A DNA stretch of 64,000 bases from Eledone cirrhosa (lineage: Eukaryota), in assembly GCA_964016885.1 (NCBI GenBank), contig OZ024747.1, positions 90,210,001 to 90,274,000 on the forward strand, given 5' to 3'. Shown here piece after piece: positions 23,661-38,522 of the stretch. A program made the position numbers and the translations under genes. The number at the start of each line of letters is the position of its first letter. Within the stretch, counting starts at the first letter, position 1. The notes under the pieces were generated by a model, which was not told the DNA's origin, did not search any database, and saw nothing but the letters and a program-made list of their open reading frames with translations.

Positions 23661-25423
23661 GATGTATAGATAGATTGACTTTTAAAGATCTGCCATATTA
23701 GAGTTAAGGATTCACTTTACCACTGCTATTGATGTTTTAGATTTCATTCAAGCATCATCTACTGGTACTTATTGTTCAATTAAAATTTTCTAAAAGCATA
23801 AATCTTTCTTCTAACACCTTTAGATAGAGATTGGTTGAATTATCTGTGACCCAGAAGGAATAAATATACCAGTAAATGTAAAATGGTTGAATTTGACGAG
23901 CTACTAATTTCTGATTTTTTTTTTTTCTTTACTGAGCTGTATAATTAAAAACAGACTGGTGCTTCCGAAAAGATAATTAACTGCTTGTCATTGGTTTTTT
24001 TTTTTTTTTGTGTGTTTGTGTGTGTTTGTGTGTGTGTTGATTTAAGTGTGTTATTCGAGTTAGTTTGAGACCTTGCCTTTCTATCTGTAAACAATATATT
24101 ATTAACAATGATTCGAAATCTTCAGCCAAAGCCCAAAACAAAGTCATGCAATAAATCAATAATCCAGTCCTCTTTAAGCATCACTTTCTACCCTTGAGCT
24201 ATTGATTGGTAAACAATCTCATTTTTATACATTTTAAAATCAATACTGCTTCAACTAGTGCTTGTCAGACCTCTACATCTGTGCCACCCTACTTACTAAT
24301 TCCACCCCACACCCTATCCATGTCGAACCATTCTTTCCACTGCTTACAAAACTCACTCCCTCTTGTCAAGTATAACATTAATTTTGGTAATAACTACTAG
24401 TCTAACATTTTATTTTTTAAATGAAATCTCTTTCAAGTTGTTGAAATGTTGGTGTTTATAGAAGTTTAAACCTCGAGTGGACTTCTAAAGTATCCAGTTG
24501 TGTAAATTATAATTCACAGACATATAAGCATTGATGAATAAATATCTCATTTGAAAGAATTCCAAAATGAAACATTTAACAACAATTTGATATATAAAGA
24601 TTAATTTATGTCCATTCTCATTCTTCTCCTTTCATACAATCTTTAGAGTTACCCTGATTCTCATTGATATCAACTTCATCAACTTCATCTCTAAAATCCT
24701 AATTAGCTATCCATGCTAGTGTGGAAAATGGACGTTAAATGATGATGATGATGATGGTGATAATGATGATGATGATGGTGATAATATATATTTTGAAGGA
24801 AACAAAGGTTCTCAAGAAACTAAAATAAAGGGAATAAAATAATCAGGATTTCTGTCATACTGTCTTTGACAATGTTTTTTGAATGATTTAACCCTTTAGC
24901 ATTTAAACTGCCATATCCAGCCAGAATTCTCTCACCTCTTTCTGTTCAAACTGGCCATAGCTGGCTGCTCATACTTATGTTAAGGTATTGTTCTCAAAAT
25001 AAATAATATTAAAATCTCATAGATGTGATATCATGTGAGATAAAACCTTTACTGGGAAAATACAATAGTAAATATAGAATAATTTAAATGACCAAAAACT
25101 AATTGACATTCTTAAAGGGAAAAAGAGCAGTGGTTTAGCAGTATATAAATCCCAACTCTATGTCTATTGATATATTCCTTTTTAGCTAAGACTGAGCAGC
25201 CAGAGACAATATGGTTAATTGTTTCTTCCCAACATCTTCATACTCCGCTGTTACTTACTGTAGTCTTCTTCATTGAGTACTTTTAAGGTTTTCTGGTGGT
25301 AGTGGTGGTGGGGGAGGGGGGGGGGGGGGGGGGCTTGAACTTGTGCTGCAGTTAGGAAGCCTTCAGTCTCCTTCATTATGTACTTCTGGTTGTTTCTGGT
25401 GTTATTATTATTATTATGGTAAA

Positions 25424-26190
25424 GGGCAGTGAATTGACAGTATGGGTAGAGGGTCGGACACCATGCTTTCCAGCATAGTTACATCCCTTTATGGTCTGAG
25501 TTCAAATCCCGTCAAGGTTAACTTTACCTTTCTTCCTTACAGGGTTAATTATTATTATAGTTATGGTGGTGGTTTGGCAGTATTGGTAGAGCATCAGACA
25601 CCATGCTTTGCAGCATAGAGTTACGGCCTTTTATATTCTGAGTTCAAATCCTGCTGAGGTTAGCTTTGCCGTTCATCCTTACAGGGTTGATAAAACAAAA
25701 CACCAGTAATGCACTGGGGTAATTGCTGGCCTTGTGCCAAAAGTAGAAACAATAATTATTATTATTATGGTTGGTGGATTGGCAGTATCGGTAGAGGGTC
25801 GGACGCCATGCTTTCCAGCATAGTTACGTCCCTTTACGATCTGAGTTCAAATCCCGCCGAGGTTGACTTTGCCTTTCATCCTTACGGGGTCGATAAAATA
25901 AAGTACCAGTAATGCACTGGGTAATTGCTGGCCTTGTGCCTAAAGTAGAAACAATTATTATTATGGTTATGACAGTGGATTGGCAGAATTGGTAGTGCAT
26001 CTGACAACATGCTTTGTGGCATAGAGTTACGGCCCTTTACGTCCTTAGTTCCAATCCTGCTGAGGTTAGCTTTGTCTGCCATCCTTACGGGGTCAATAAA
26101 ATAAAATACCAGTAATACACTGGGGTTGATTTAATCGACTTCTCCCTCTACCAAAATTGTTGGCCTTGTGCATAAATCAGAAATCATTCT
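25424..26190 (+). mobile_element. Four head-to-tail SINE-A copies
   Basis: Copies at ~25424-25550 (truncated), 25565-25765, 25769-25962 and 25971-26190 (long variant). Confidence 0.9.
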
Positions 26191-27267
26191 TAAACGGCAA
26201 ATATCACATTATTTCTTAACTTTTATTATCCAATATATTTAATGTCTATGTTTTAAGTTTATATTTAATACTTTCTAGTACTGCGGAATATATTTAATAT
26301 CTTACACAGCATTATATAAATAATCTTAACATCTTACGATACAAACTATTTTGTTACTATTTTACACAAACCTTATACAGACTGTAGCAGCGATGTATTT
26401 GTTTTGCAAGGTTTTTGTTATGAATTCGTGTTGAAACAGATATTGTTATATTTGGGGAGAGTCATGTTGTCATAATATTGCCAGAAAAAATAGTAAAACA
26501 CACTGTTTGGTTTGGATTTTGCTTCAATATATTTTTATATTTTTATAAATAATTTAGCTGGCAATCAATGTTTATCATTGATTGACCAACAGTTAAATAT
26601 ATAAATATAAATATAGTTTCTTAAAGTTCTTTTGCCACACATATCTGTGACATCCTTTCCATGTTTCCTCCCGTTGTGTTCCTATAATGTTTTTTATTTT
26701 ATTTATTGATTGTTGTTGTATTCTTATACAAACTATTTTAAATAATTCTACACTAACCAATATAACTTATATTTTATATTTTACCCGAGGCATAATAAAA
26801 TTCTGGGAACTACAGTTGCTGTTATTTCTGCCACAACCCTCAATTTCAAAATGATATGCTAGTCAAGTGTTTGTCTTTATCTTATTAGACTATTAAACTA
26901 CCAGAGGAAGTATTACAAGTGTTAATGCAATTCTATAATCCATTAAACTAATTATACTATTCAAAATTGATTAGGCCCAGGAGTATTATATGTTCCTTCA
27001 AGCAAAAGTCAATAAGGAGGAAATATTACACTACAGCTCTGATGTATTGAACAATAATTACTGTAGATTTTGTTAGTATTGATTTTAATAAATAATTTGG
27101 CATTATCCTTTTGTGATTAAAATTGCAAGATGAGTCCTGATGACACAGAAATACCCCGAGGAATATTGTTGCTTCCAATAAGGTTTCAATGATATAAATA
27201 AGGGATGAACAACTTTCAAGTTTTTTATAGCTTCACAAATACAAATTACTTTACATAAATCTTACTT

Positions 27268-27435
27268 ACTGCATTTTTAGTATCCAAAGACGGCATCCTC
27301 GAGGACACACCCTAATTTTGACAACCAAAAATTAGAAAAAAAATAATAAACAACCTTCGGTCTCCAGGTCACATGGTAGATTTTTGAGACCTATTTTAGG
27401 AAAAAAGTAGCATCTTCGACTCTGGGAAATACAGT
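27268..27435. mobile_element. Possible pogo/Tigger-type MITE remnant
   Basis: Ends TACTGCATTTTT...AAGACG and CATCTTCGACTCTGGGAAATACAGT resemble the TACCGTATTTT..AAGACGCA / TGCGTCTT..AAAATACGGTA terminal pattern. Confidence 0.4.
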
Positions 27436-28390
27436 TGGTTACTAACATAATTCCATATGTGCCAAACAGAGAACCTTTATGTAGTTCTCCAAACTGCTAA
27501 AAATGGCAGTCAAATTTACCTCACATGGCACCCTGTCTTTTTAACACTTTCATTACCATATATCCATGGAAATATACTGCTTCATTTTTTAAATAATCAA
27601 GTAATTGGAGATATTTAGTAAAATAACTTTTTCACTATTAAGCTGGTGTCTGGAACCCCCAAAAGTATTTTTTTTACAAATATAGGAAGTTTTATTGTAG
27701 ATATGATTTTCTATTTAATGGAAGGTTTTGTGTCAGAACTAAAGATAGTTTTGGGTGGTTTGGTATCAAACGGGTTAAGAAATAATGACATATTGAACTA
27801 TGTAGTTAGTATCTGATATATAAAATGACAGAATGGTCAAGGGTAGAATGCCTTTGATCATGGGTCTACAAAATCAAGGCTGATCTAGAGATAAACAACA
27901 TAATTCGATGACTTTTACTGTTGTATATATTGTTATAGTCTTATATTTTTCTCTGATATGATCAATTCTTTAGAAAACAAGATCAGTTTCAATCCAAAGT
28001 TTATTGGCAGAATCGTTAGTGTTGACAGAAATGTCTTGTGGTATTTGTAAATGTTGTGGCAGTTCAGTTCTCCCCAAATTCAACATCGATTTTCATCTTT
28101 CTAAGGTTAATAAAATATAGTACTTTATCAAGTTTCATGCCAGTTTTTATTGCATCACCAGATACACCTCCATGTTCTGGTGGCGTTTGTGAAGCATCAT
28201 ATGTTTTTATTTTTGGAGGCATGGGGAAGAAAGGAGAAAATAGACTTATGTTAGTTAATTGCATCGATTTTGTTTTGTTATGAGGTTTAACTTGGCATTT
28301 CTGGCATCAATTTAATGTTTGTTATGTTGTATAGAGTTTGTATAATATGAGTTGTGTTATTTTGTTATGGGGTTTAACTTAGTGTTTCTG

Positions 28391-28689
28391 GTATGGTATG
28401 GTCCCGTAACTCCTGATAGAATCGTAGGGGTGCCATATTGAAATACTACGTTTCTTGGGCACTTTAAGCCTGGCAGAGCCCATCTCTCTCTAGGCCGGAG
28501 TAGAGCAGATTTCTGCCAGAGAGAGGAAGAATCGACCCCAGTACTTGACTGGTACTTTTTGTTATCCACCTCGAAAGGATGAAAGACAAAGTTGATATTG
28601 GCAGGACTTGAGCTCAAAGAGCAGAAAGCCAGAATGAATACCATAAAGCATTCTATTGACTCTGCCAATTTGTTACCTATATCGCCGTA
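28391..28689 (-). mobile_element. SINE-D: SINE-A-like head and core with a different ~140-bp tail, 10-bp TSD
   Basis: Flanked by AGTGTTTCTG at 28381-28390 and 28690-28699. Core and tail are homologous to 38545-38742 (+). Confidence 0.75.
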
Positions 28690-29019
28690 AGTGTTTCTGA
28701 CATCAATTTAATGTTTGTTAAGTTGTGTAGGGTTTGTTGTGTAATTTTGTTGGGTGGTGAATATTATGCTCCATGCAAGTTGTGTAATTGGTAATATGAG
28801 TGACTGTGTCTGGTAGGTGGTGTATGGCTTGTGTAGCATTAATGTGTCATGCCTCTTTAGAATGCAGGTTGTATGTTATTGGTGTTACAGTGCCAGTTAT
28901 TTGTAAGAGTATGTGTTCTATTGAATGTTAATCCTATAATATATATGTTGGGTGAGTCATGTTATTTTATTAGGTGCGTATTGTATACAATGTGTGTTGT
29001 ATGTAAAGATTGTTCTATT

Positions 29020-30660
29020 TGGGTTGTGCTGTTGAATACTTTCTTATGCAGGATATGGGCTGTTTCTAAAAGAGCTATATTTTGGACAATGTGTTGCATT
29101 GTAAACCCTGGTATAATTTCTGTTTTTGTCCATGTTTTTATTATAACTTGTCCTCCATTTCTTGTATATTTCACTTTCAAGATTCTAGTATTTTAACATT
29201 TTTTTTTTAGTTTTTTTGCAGGCAATATTTTGATCAGAAAAGATTGTGATGCCTATCAATGTGTATTTTTGTTCTAGTCTTAAGTTATCATGTTCTTCAT
29301 GGATTGCCTTGAATTCTTTGTCAGTTTATATGAGGATATCTAAGATGTTTGTGGCCAGGTTGTTGTTATATACCATGTTTGTTACATGTTTATAACCACT
29401 TCTTGTCTGTCTTTAGATCAAAGTGATGGCATATTACCTAGTGGATATAGCTACCAACTGAATCATGTCCATATATATATATTCAGACTTAGGAAGGACT
29501 GGTCAACTAGAGATGATGTGATCAACTATCTTATTGAGCTTGTTGCACAGTCCACATTTGATGCTTGGATCTATTTTCATGCTTTGTTACGGTCCTTTAC
29601 GGCCCTTTACATTCTGAGTTCAAATCTGCTGAGGTTAACTTTGCTTTCCATTCTTATGGGGTCGATAAAATAAAGCACCAGTTATGCACTGAGGTCAATT
29701 TCATCAACATGCAATTGTTTGTCGATAGACATTGGTTCTATGCTGTGAGATTCAGCCATTTTGTTTCTGATTTTAATTTCAGAGCTTCAGTTGTTGACTT
29801 TCATTCTGGTTTACTTCTTCTGTGTTGAACTTTCTGGACTAATAGCCATGGATTGTTCCTCTCACAACTTCTTTGTCAGAATATTTTGTAATTCCATCTT
29901 CATGTTGTTCTTTGTTTCTTAAACTTTTTATAATTGTATCTTTATTATCTAAATCTGTTGTTTCAGAATGGTTAGTTTTTAGTTTGTATTTCAATATTTC
30001 CTTGTATACACAGAAACGATTTTTTTTTCATATTTCTTTTTATTACACTTACCAGCCATCCTCTATTTGCAGCTTAGTATTGTCACAGTTCAACTATTGT
30101 TATTTTATAGTTATTTTCTATTTGTATCAGACCACACCCTCCTTGTGTGTGTGGGGTAGTTATATTTTATGTGTGTTTTAGCTCATGACTTTGCTATGTT
30201 GACAGTAGTTACCTGGTTTTTCTGTCTAATCATTTTAACTCACTCAACTTTGAGTTTATTATGTGAAAAAGATGTGATTAAAAACTGGGAAGGCTAGACT
30301 ATTTATACCTTCTATATTATTTCTAACATTAACTTTTTTTAAATTAGTCTAGCTCATCTATAGTACTCCTTTCTAATTTTCTCTTTCATTTTCATGTGTT
30401 GTATTTTATCTATTTTGTTGATTCCTAGGTATTTGTATGGAAGATTGTGATCTAATTCTCTAATTTCAGTGGCTATGTTTAGTGTAATATTCTCAGTACT
30501 GGTTAATTTATCTTTTATTATAGTGGCTTTGGTGCAATTATTAACCTCATACACATCATTATGCTGTTGCTGAATTGATTGAGAAATTTTAGAAGTTCTT
30601 TAGGCTGGTGTTATCCCTTGTATATATTTTTAGGTCATCCATAAAGAGACGGGTTATAAT
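29020..30660 (-). mobile_element. Decayed R4/Dong-clade LINE (RT and REL endonuclease end)
   Basis: IITRLFMDDLKIY (~30630-30660), CTKATIIKDKL...YKYLGIN...MKEKIRKEYYR (30354-30554), IPGF...VQNIALLETAHILHK (~29040-29115). Interrupted by a SINE-A fragment. Confidence 0.8.
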
Positions 30661-30713
30661 TAGTCCATAGCATCTGCATTCCATGGTGCATGTTATTATC
30701 ATCATCATCATCA

Positions 30714-30750
<37 letters not shown>

Positions 30751-31739
30751 TAACTAGAGAAAGTAAGATATTAGTTTCATCCATTATCTCCCCTCTTTTC
30801 TCACCACATCTCCAAACAAACGCATAATGATGGAAGAGACTTCAAGCTGTTATCTTAGTTCAAATGAACTTTTAAATATATATATTAATCAAGCAACCAC
30901 TCACTGATGTATATGTTGTCAGTCTAGCTAAACCACATTGCCATATAGTATAACTTCTACTGTATACAGTATATATTGTAAACTGAATCAATTATTGCGT
31001 CTCAATAATTTTCCTACAAGTCTTACCCTTGATCACAACTCTATAAATAAACAATGACATTTTTTATAGTATAGCCCTATTTTCTACATATTAATTCTTG
31101 CTATTTACAGAACTTAGGTCAAATGTCAATGACTTAGTTATGATTTCTGATAAGGACTGCATACTATTTTTAATAAATGTATTTGCAGACAGTAGCCTCA
31201 TTAGATATTTAGTTTGAAATATTCTCCAAATGGAAAAATTTATGGTTAACAGCAGAGTTCAAAGATACAAGCTTAGATAACTTGTGGCCAATATTAGTCC
31301 AAGCCCTCTTTAACTTAATAGTACCATCATAAATAAAACCACAAAAAGAGGATAGATATTTTCAAAGCAGAATAAATAATTACAGAGACAATGTGGAATG
31401 TTGGTTAGTTTGTTTGATTAGGAAACATAGACACCCTGACTAAACAAAACATGATTTAAGAGATAGGCAATGTCAGACTGAAGCCAGCTTGAACAATTGT
31501 TCCCAATTGAGCCCTGTGTCTAAGAGGGTTGTACTCTCAGCTCATCAAGTAGACACATCATCATCATCATCATCATCTCCGTTTAACGTCCATTTTGCCA
31601 TGCTAGCATGGGTTAGACAGGTTGTCCTGTTTGAGGCAAGTAGGGTCACGTGATTAAGCATAGTCATTTAGTATACCCTATTACGTGATTAGGAAAGAAG
31701 AGTGGACAACAGAAGGGTGATGGAGCTATATGGAAACTA

Positions 31740-31982
31740 CAGAGAGAGAGGGGGAGAGGAAGAGAGAGAGAGGAGGGAGAGAGAGAGAAAGGGGAGAAAG
31801 AGAGAGATAGAAAGAAAGAGGGGGAGATAAATAAAGAGAGGGAGAGGGGGAGAGAAATAAAGAAAGAGAATGAAAGAGAGCGAGAGAGAGAAAGAGGCAG
31901 AAAAGGATATATAAGAAAGAGAGAAAGAGAGAAAGAGAGAAAAAGAGATAGAGGAGGAGAGAGAAGGAGAGAGAGAGAGAAC
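31740..31982. repeat. Polypurine (GA-rich) tract
   Basis: About 240 bp almost entirely A/G. Confidence 0.9.
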
Positions 31983-32609
31983 AAAGACCTGGAACAAATA
32001 CCACAAGGTACCTCATTTGATGGTCTAACAATTCCACCAATCCCATGTCCTACACTGGTAATACATTTTACCAAACTCTCAAAACAATGAAAGGCAAAAA
32101 GCGACCTCCTGAAAGGGAAATGCTGAGAACTAGAAGAAATGCTTCAAGTTATTTTGTTCTACACTCTAATAACTCTGCCATTCAATTTTACTAAAGTTAT
32201 TCAGCCAGTTATTGAAGAACAAATAAAAATTGCAGAATTTGCAAATCCATCCAATTTATGCTTCCATGAAAAATGTAAATATAAAATAAGAAAGAATCTA
32301 AAGTTCAGTATATGAAAAATGTCTGAAATCATAAACTTACCAAAAAAAAAAAAAGAAGCAATTGAAGCAGAGTGGAAAGCCCTTGGAATTGGAATAAGAA
32401 CTAGGAAAACAAGTGGATTGTTCAATTGAATTGGCAGATATATTTAATGTATGTCTACATGACATTTCAGTCAACTGGAATTTTCAGTAATTTTAGACTT
32501 ATATTGCAAGATTGAAAAATATTTTCATAGTTTTGTATTTCATTTTAGTAATATGAGATTATCAAATCACATGCATACACACACTCACATGCATACATGC
32601 ATGTTTACT

Positions 32610-32649
<40 letters not shown>

Positions 32650-32685
32650 TAGATAGATAGATACATATATACATACATACACACA

Positions 32686-32760
<75 letters not shown>

Positions 32761-32833
32761 CATATATATATCATCATCATCATCATCAACATTTTACATC
32801 CGCTTTTCCCTGCTTGCAAGGGTATATATATAA

Positions 32834-32894
<61 letters not shown>

Positions 32895-32936
32895 CATATA
32901 TATATACATATATATATACATATATATATATATACA

Positions 32937-33019
<83 letters not shown>

Positions 33020-33863
33020 TCATCATCATCTTCGTTTAACGTCGAGTATGTATATGTGTGTGTATGTGACATACATACACATATATATATACACATATAC
33101 ATACATGCATACATATATACATACATGTATACATATGTACATACATACATGTATATATCTGTGAGTGTGTATGTCTCTATGTAATTGTATACATATTTAC
33201 ATATACATACACATACATACGCATACACATACTACACACACAGATATACAAATCAGATCTTCAAACTTACTCATACTTACACATATAACTTTCAAGTTCC
33301 TTTTTTTCTTTTTCACTCTATGCATTATTCTTCAGATTCACGAAAAATGATGCAAAATGTTTTTCAATTTTTTTTATTAATTTCAAATTTAATGTATTGA
33401 TTTTATGTTTTAGGTTATACTTCGCTCCCCCACCCCCCAGTAACACTTGTGGCTAAGTGACACAACATCTATTTCAGCCATGTCTGCATCTTTATATGTG
33501 TAATGCTGACATGAAGGTAGAAAGCTCCAGCATGGCATTGGTCATGAACCTAAGAACTAAAGAATGTATGTATAATTATGAAATAGTTGAATTGGTTGAT
33601 TAGGTAAATATTGGACTACAAGCCTACATATTGTTCACTCATATACACTGTAGGTGTACTGTTATATGTCTGGTCATATTAATTCAATGGTCGTGTAGAG
33701 AAGAATTTGGCTTTACAAACATACCATTACAGGTTTCAGTTAACCCCATGTCACAGTGCATTAAGTTTGTATGGTTTTACTATACCCTTGGTTCCTTTGC
33801 TTGACTAATGTCTTCTGAGTGAATTGTGAAATTTGCAAAGAGTGAAATTATATCAAAGCCCAT

Positions 33864-34268
33864 AATCATCATCATCACCATTTTACGTCCGTTCTTCCAC
33901 GCTAGCATGGGTTAGACGGGTTGTCCTGTTGTGGGCAGTGTCCGGTCGGCTGACCTTGTCTTGCTCATATGGGAACTGATTCATATGGGAACTGATTCTG
34001 GCTTGATTTCTACAGCTGGATGCCCTTCCTAACACCAACCTCATTTACAGTGAGTGCTGGGTGCTTGTTATGCTGTGGCACCTCCACGACCACTTTGCAG
34101 TGGAATGATAGGGACTTCAGTCCCTATCATCTCATTTCTACAGCTGAGTAAACTGGAGCAATGTGAAATAAAGTGTCTTACTCAAGGAAACAACACATCA
34201 CCTGAATTGAACTCACAACCTTTCAATTGCAAGCCCAATGCTCTAACCACTAAGCCATGTGCCTTCAC
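33864..34268 (-). mobile_element. SINE-B, long-tail variant
   Basis: tRNA-like head at ~34200-34268; tail with CCATGCTAGCGTGG stem-loop and (GAT)n. Tail-only relatives at ~17918-18095, 19160-19440, 31555-31650 and 36470-36800. Confidence 0.85.
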
Positions 34269-34739
34269 ATAATATATATATATTCTACATATGGACAATG
34301 CAGGGAAAGCAGACATTAAAATAACAATGATGATGTTGATGTTTATATATGGGCTGAAGATAGCAACATACAATTTGAAGCCTTCTGCAATTAACCCTCA
34401 AGTACTAACACATTTCAGCCAAGTTACACAGGATCAGGAGAGATTAACTTTTTAATGTTCAAACCGGCCAAAACTGGCCAAAATTCTCTACCTTTTTCTG
34501 TTGAAACTGGCTGTAACTGGTCACTCAAACTGATGTTAAGGTATTGTTCTCAAAATAAATACTTTCAAAATCTCATAGATTCGATATTATGTGAGATATT
34601 ATGTGAGGTAAAGCCTTTACCATGAAAATATAATAGTATATATAGAGTAATGTGAATGCTAAAGGGTTAAAATCCCAGAAACACAACCTGTTCATGGCTT
34701 GGGAATTGATATGAATAATGATGCATTGTTTCATATACA

Positions 34740-35080
34740 TGGAGGCACATGGCTTAGTGGTTAGAGCATTGGCCTTGCAATCGAAAGGTTGTGAGTTCAA
34801 TTCTCAGACTGGGTGATGTGTTGTTTCCTTGAGCAAGAGACTTTATTTCACATTGCTCCAGTTTACTCAGCTGTAGAATAATAGGGACCCCAGTCCCTAT
34901 CATTCCACTCCAAAGTGGTCGTGGAGGTGCCACGGCAAAAAAAGCACCCAGTACTCACTGTAAATGAGGTTGGTGTTAGGAAGGGCATCCAGCTGTAGAA
35001 ATCAAGCCAGAATCAGTTCCCATCCCACCCTTGCAAGCAGGGAAAAAGCAGACGTGAAATGAAATGATGATGATGATGAC
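34740..35080 (+). mobile_element. SINE-B, full-length copy
   Basis: TGGCTTAGTGGTTAGAGC...GAGTTCAATTC head, AGGAAGGGCATCCAGCTGTAG, CCCTTGCAAGCAGGG stem-loop, (GAT)n. Confidence 0.9.
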
Positions 35081-35107
35081 ATATTACCAATGTACAGAAG
35101 ACTGAGT

Positions 35108-35380
35108 GGAGACACGTAGCCTAATGGTGTAAGGGTATTGGACTTACGATCATAATGTTGTGAGCTCAATTCTTTATCTGGGTTGCATGTTGTGTTCTTG
35201 AGCAAAACACTTCACTTCATGTTGCTCCAGCTGAAAATGAGTACCATAAAATTGCTGGGGATTTAACTCTGTAATGGACTAATATCCTGTCCAGGGGGAT
35301 GTCTTGTAATCTCAGTCACTTCATGCCACAAAACCGGGATAAGCGCCAGCCTAACGAGCCTTCTGGCTTAGACAGACTTT
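35108..35380 (+). mobile_element. SINE-C (tRNA head, V-domain-like centre)
   Basis: tRNA-like head, TTCTTGAGCAAAACACTT, CTGTAATGGACTAATATCCTGTCCAGGGGG (resembles the V-SINE-type motif), AAACCGGGATAAGC. Confidence 0.7.
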
Positions 35381-36412
35381 AGATAGAAGACAGGACAGAT
35401 GATGTCTGAGATCATTCAGAATAAGAGACCAGAAAACCATCATGGTTCAGCTGTCTAAACTATTGCTCACTGTTATAGTTAGTGCATAACATTAACTACA
35501 TAAATAGAAGCAATCAAATATTGTTAAATCAAGGAATTGCCTCAGTGAAACTGATGAGCAACAAATAGGAAGGAACTAAAACAGAAAACACACTAAATCT
35601 TTCAAAATAAAGCCATGTTTGAACATTCACTAATTGACTCCAAACAAATGACTAGCAGTTACAGGAGAGCCAAAGACACACACAGACAAATACATCCACA
35701 CACATACACACAAACAAATATGCACACACGAACACACATGCACATACTTACATACATGCACACACGAACACATATTCACACACACACACACATACAAACA
35801 AACACATTCACACAAACATACATACACACATACACACACTCTCATATACATGCACACACACACACACATACACACACACACACACATAGACTCATATTTT
35901 CACACTGTACAAACATTTCCTTACTCATCTCCCCCTGCCAACCCTTCTCTCTCCCTCTCTCCCCCTCCTTCTCCCTCCTCTCTCACTCTCTCCCTCTCTC
36001 TCTGGCTGAAGTCTTTTACCAGCTTCCTTCTCAATTCTGTTTTCTAATACAACTGACATTAAACGACCATACATGATTTTCTTCTTCATTTACCTTTTTT
36101 TCCTTAGTTTTTCCTTTTTTCCCCCCATATCTCTTCCTTTTTCTTTTCCCCTTCTAATACAATATTCTCTTCATTAAGTGTTTTCCTTTCCAATGAAGGA
36201 CCGACATCCAAAATGTTAAGTTTCTTTTATTAACTTTTTTAAATGTTAAATTATTGTAATGTCTTCTAGTGCTATTCTTTCATTTATGTGTCTTGTAGTA
36301 TATATATATATAGGGCTTATGCTCGAAAGCCCCCCCCCCCCCCCCTCACAAGAGCGTGAAACTAATAAACCTTTGTCCGTACTGCCTCTCTGTTTTGTTC
36401 CCGTTTCATTTT

Positions 36413-36469
<57 letters not shown>

Positions 36470-37829
36470 CATAATCATCATCATCGTCATTATCTCTGTT
36501 TAACTTCCATTTTACCATACTGGGATGGGTTAGACAAGTTATCCTGTTGTGAACATTGCCAGGCCAGGTGACCATGTCTTGTTCATACAGAACCAATTTT
36601 TGCTTGCTTTCTACAACTGGATGTACTTCCTAGTGCCAACCTCATTTAGGGTGAGTGCTAGGTGCTTTTTGTCGTGACACCTGCATGACCACCTTACAGT
36701 ATGGACTGGATGCTTTTTGGTGTGACACCTACATGACCACTTTACAGTATGGGTTGGCCGCTTTTTTGTTGTGTTGCTGTCATGACCACTTTACAGTATA
36801 TATATAAATGAGCATGTATATACATGGCATGCTGCTGATTGCTTTTAGATGTCCTGTATAAAATGCCGAAACATCTATGATCTGCAGTTTACAGCTGACG
36901 AAAGCTTTCTTCTCTCGTTTCGTCAATACTACCATATTAAACTTTGTTTACAGTAAATACACAGCTTATTTCGTTTCTTATAATTTTATATATATATATA
37001 TATATATCTACACACATGGATGGAACCAGTTTGAACTGGTTAGACCATTACTCAACAGAGTACTCAATCCATTGGTCTGGAACTAGCAGTTGAAACGGCA
37101 AGAACTCAACCGTTTGGTCCCGACTCTTTATACATATATGGGGGGGGGGGGGTATAGGGGTATGGTGTGTGTATGTGTGTATATATATATTTGTGTAAGT
37201 ATGTGTATGGGTGTCTGAATTTAATTTCTTTAAACAAAGATTTTTGTCAATAAACATAAACATCTTTTTCTTCTTCTTCACCCATTTATTCCTGAGAGGG
37301 TTTTGGTGGGAAGAGTCATCAAACACTCCTTCCAGTGGGTCCTGTAAGAAGCAACCATCTCCAACTGATCTGGCTGGACATCTATCTCTAAATAAGAAAA
37401 ATATTGTAATGAAATAAATAATAATTAAATAAATCTATAACATAAAAAATTGGTGTGAGATGCTAGAACATATTGAGATGTAGCGATTGAAATTGCTTTG
37501 AGTTTGTAATAGAGACATTTCAGAGAAAGCTGAAAGGTAAATGATAGTGAAAAGTTAAATGATGATAGAATTAAATGTTGAACAAATGTTTAACCCTTTA
37601 GCATTCACATTACTCTATATTTACTATTGTAATTTCATGGTAAAGGCTTTATCTCACATAATATCTCACATAATATCGAATCTATGAGATTTTGATATTA
37701 TTTATTTTGAGAACAATACCTTAACATAAGTATGAGCAGCCGGTTTCACCTGGTTTCAGCCAGTTTTAACAGAACGACGTGAGAGAATTCTGGCTGGATA
37801 TAGCTGGTTTAAATGCTAAATGTTTAAAA

Positions 37830-38522
37830 CTTAAGTACATGAAAGAATGTAAAATAAAATAACAATATATCAGAATGAAGAGAAGAAATATAAAATGAAG
37901 CAAATGCATTTAAGATGAACCAAAGGAAAACATCAGAGTACAAAAGTAAGAAAATCAAATTGCTGAGAGTTGGATAGGGAATAAGATTGACGTTAAAATG
38001 GAGATATTAGAGTCTCAACAGTAAGGTAAATATAGGTTCAAGAAGAGATAAATAAAGATTCTTGGAAAGGAAATCTGATGAAGCAGATAAATTACTGAAT
38101 GCAGAAGACAGTAGAGGAATCATATAAGCTTATGAAATAATAAATGAGATTACGAGCAAAGTAAAAGATCAAATAAGCTGTGTTTAGTATTGATGGGGAA
38201 TTAATAACATCTAATATAAAAATCTTAGTAAGATAGAAAGAACATTTTTATACAATCATGATGAGCAAGGCGATTAATGGGAGAAAATCCTTGATAGATA
38301 ATTCCTGAACCACATGAGGAGCAGGAAGTGGCTGTTCTTGAAGTATCTGTTGAAGAAATAGCAAAAGCTATTGAGCAATAAAAAATGGAAAATGCTCCTG
38401 GATTAGATAGAATTGTAGAAGAAATGCTAAAAACAGGTAGGCATGTGATTGCAATAACATTATTGCAGTTACTTCGTATTATATGGAATATTGAACATAT
38501 AACTGAAGATTAGATGATAGGT
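37830..38522 (+). mobile_element. Decayed RTE-like LINE fragment (start of RT)
   Basis: VSVEEIAKAIEQ*K / NAPGLDRIVEEMLKTG...LLQLLRIIWNIEHITED*MIG matches K.PG.D.I..E.LK.G...W..E.IP.DW. Confidence 0.7.

Noticed and set aside
27136-27155. CTGATGA-CACA-GAAA hammerhead-like core
   Set aside because: No stem II and no pairing stems I or III.
34740-34815. tRNA genes at SINE heads (also ~2015-2090, 35108-35180, 42418-42492)
   Set aside because: A/B boxes are present but there is no convincing acceptor stem, and each continues into a SINE body.
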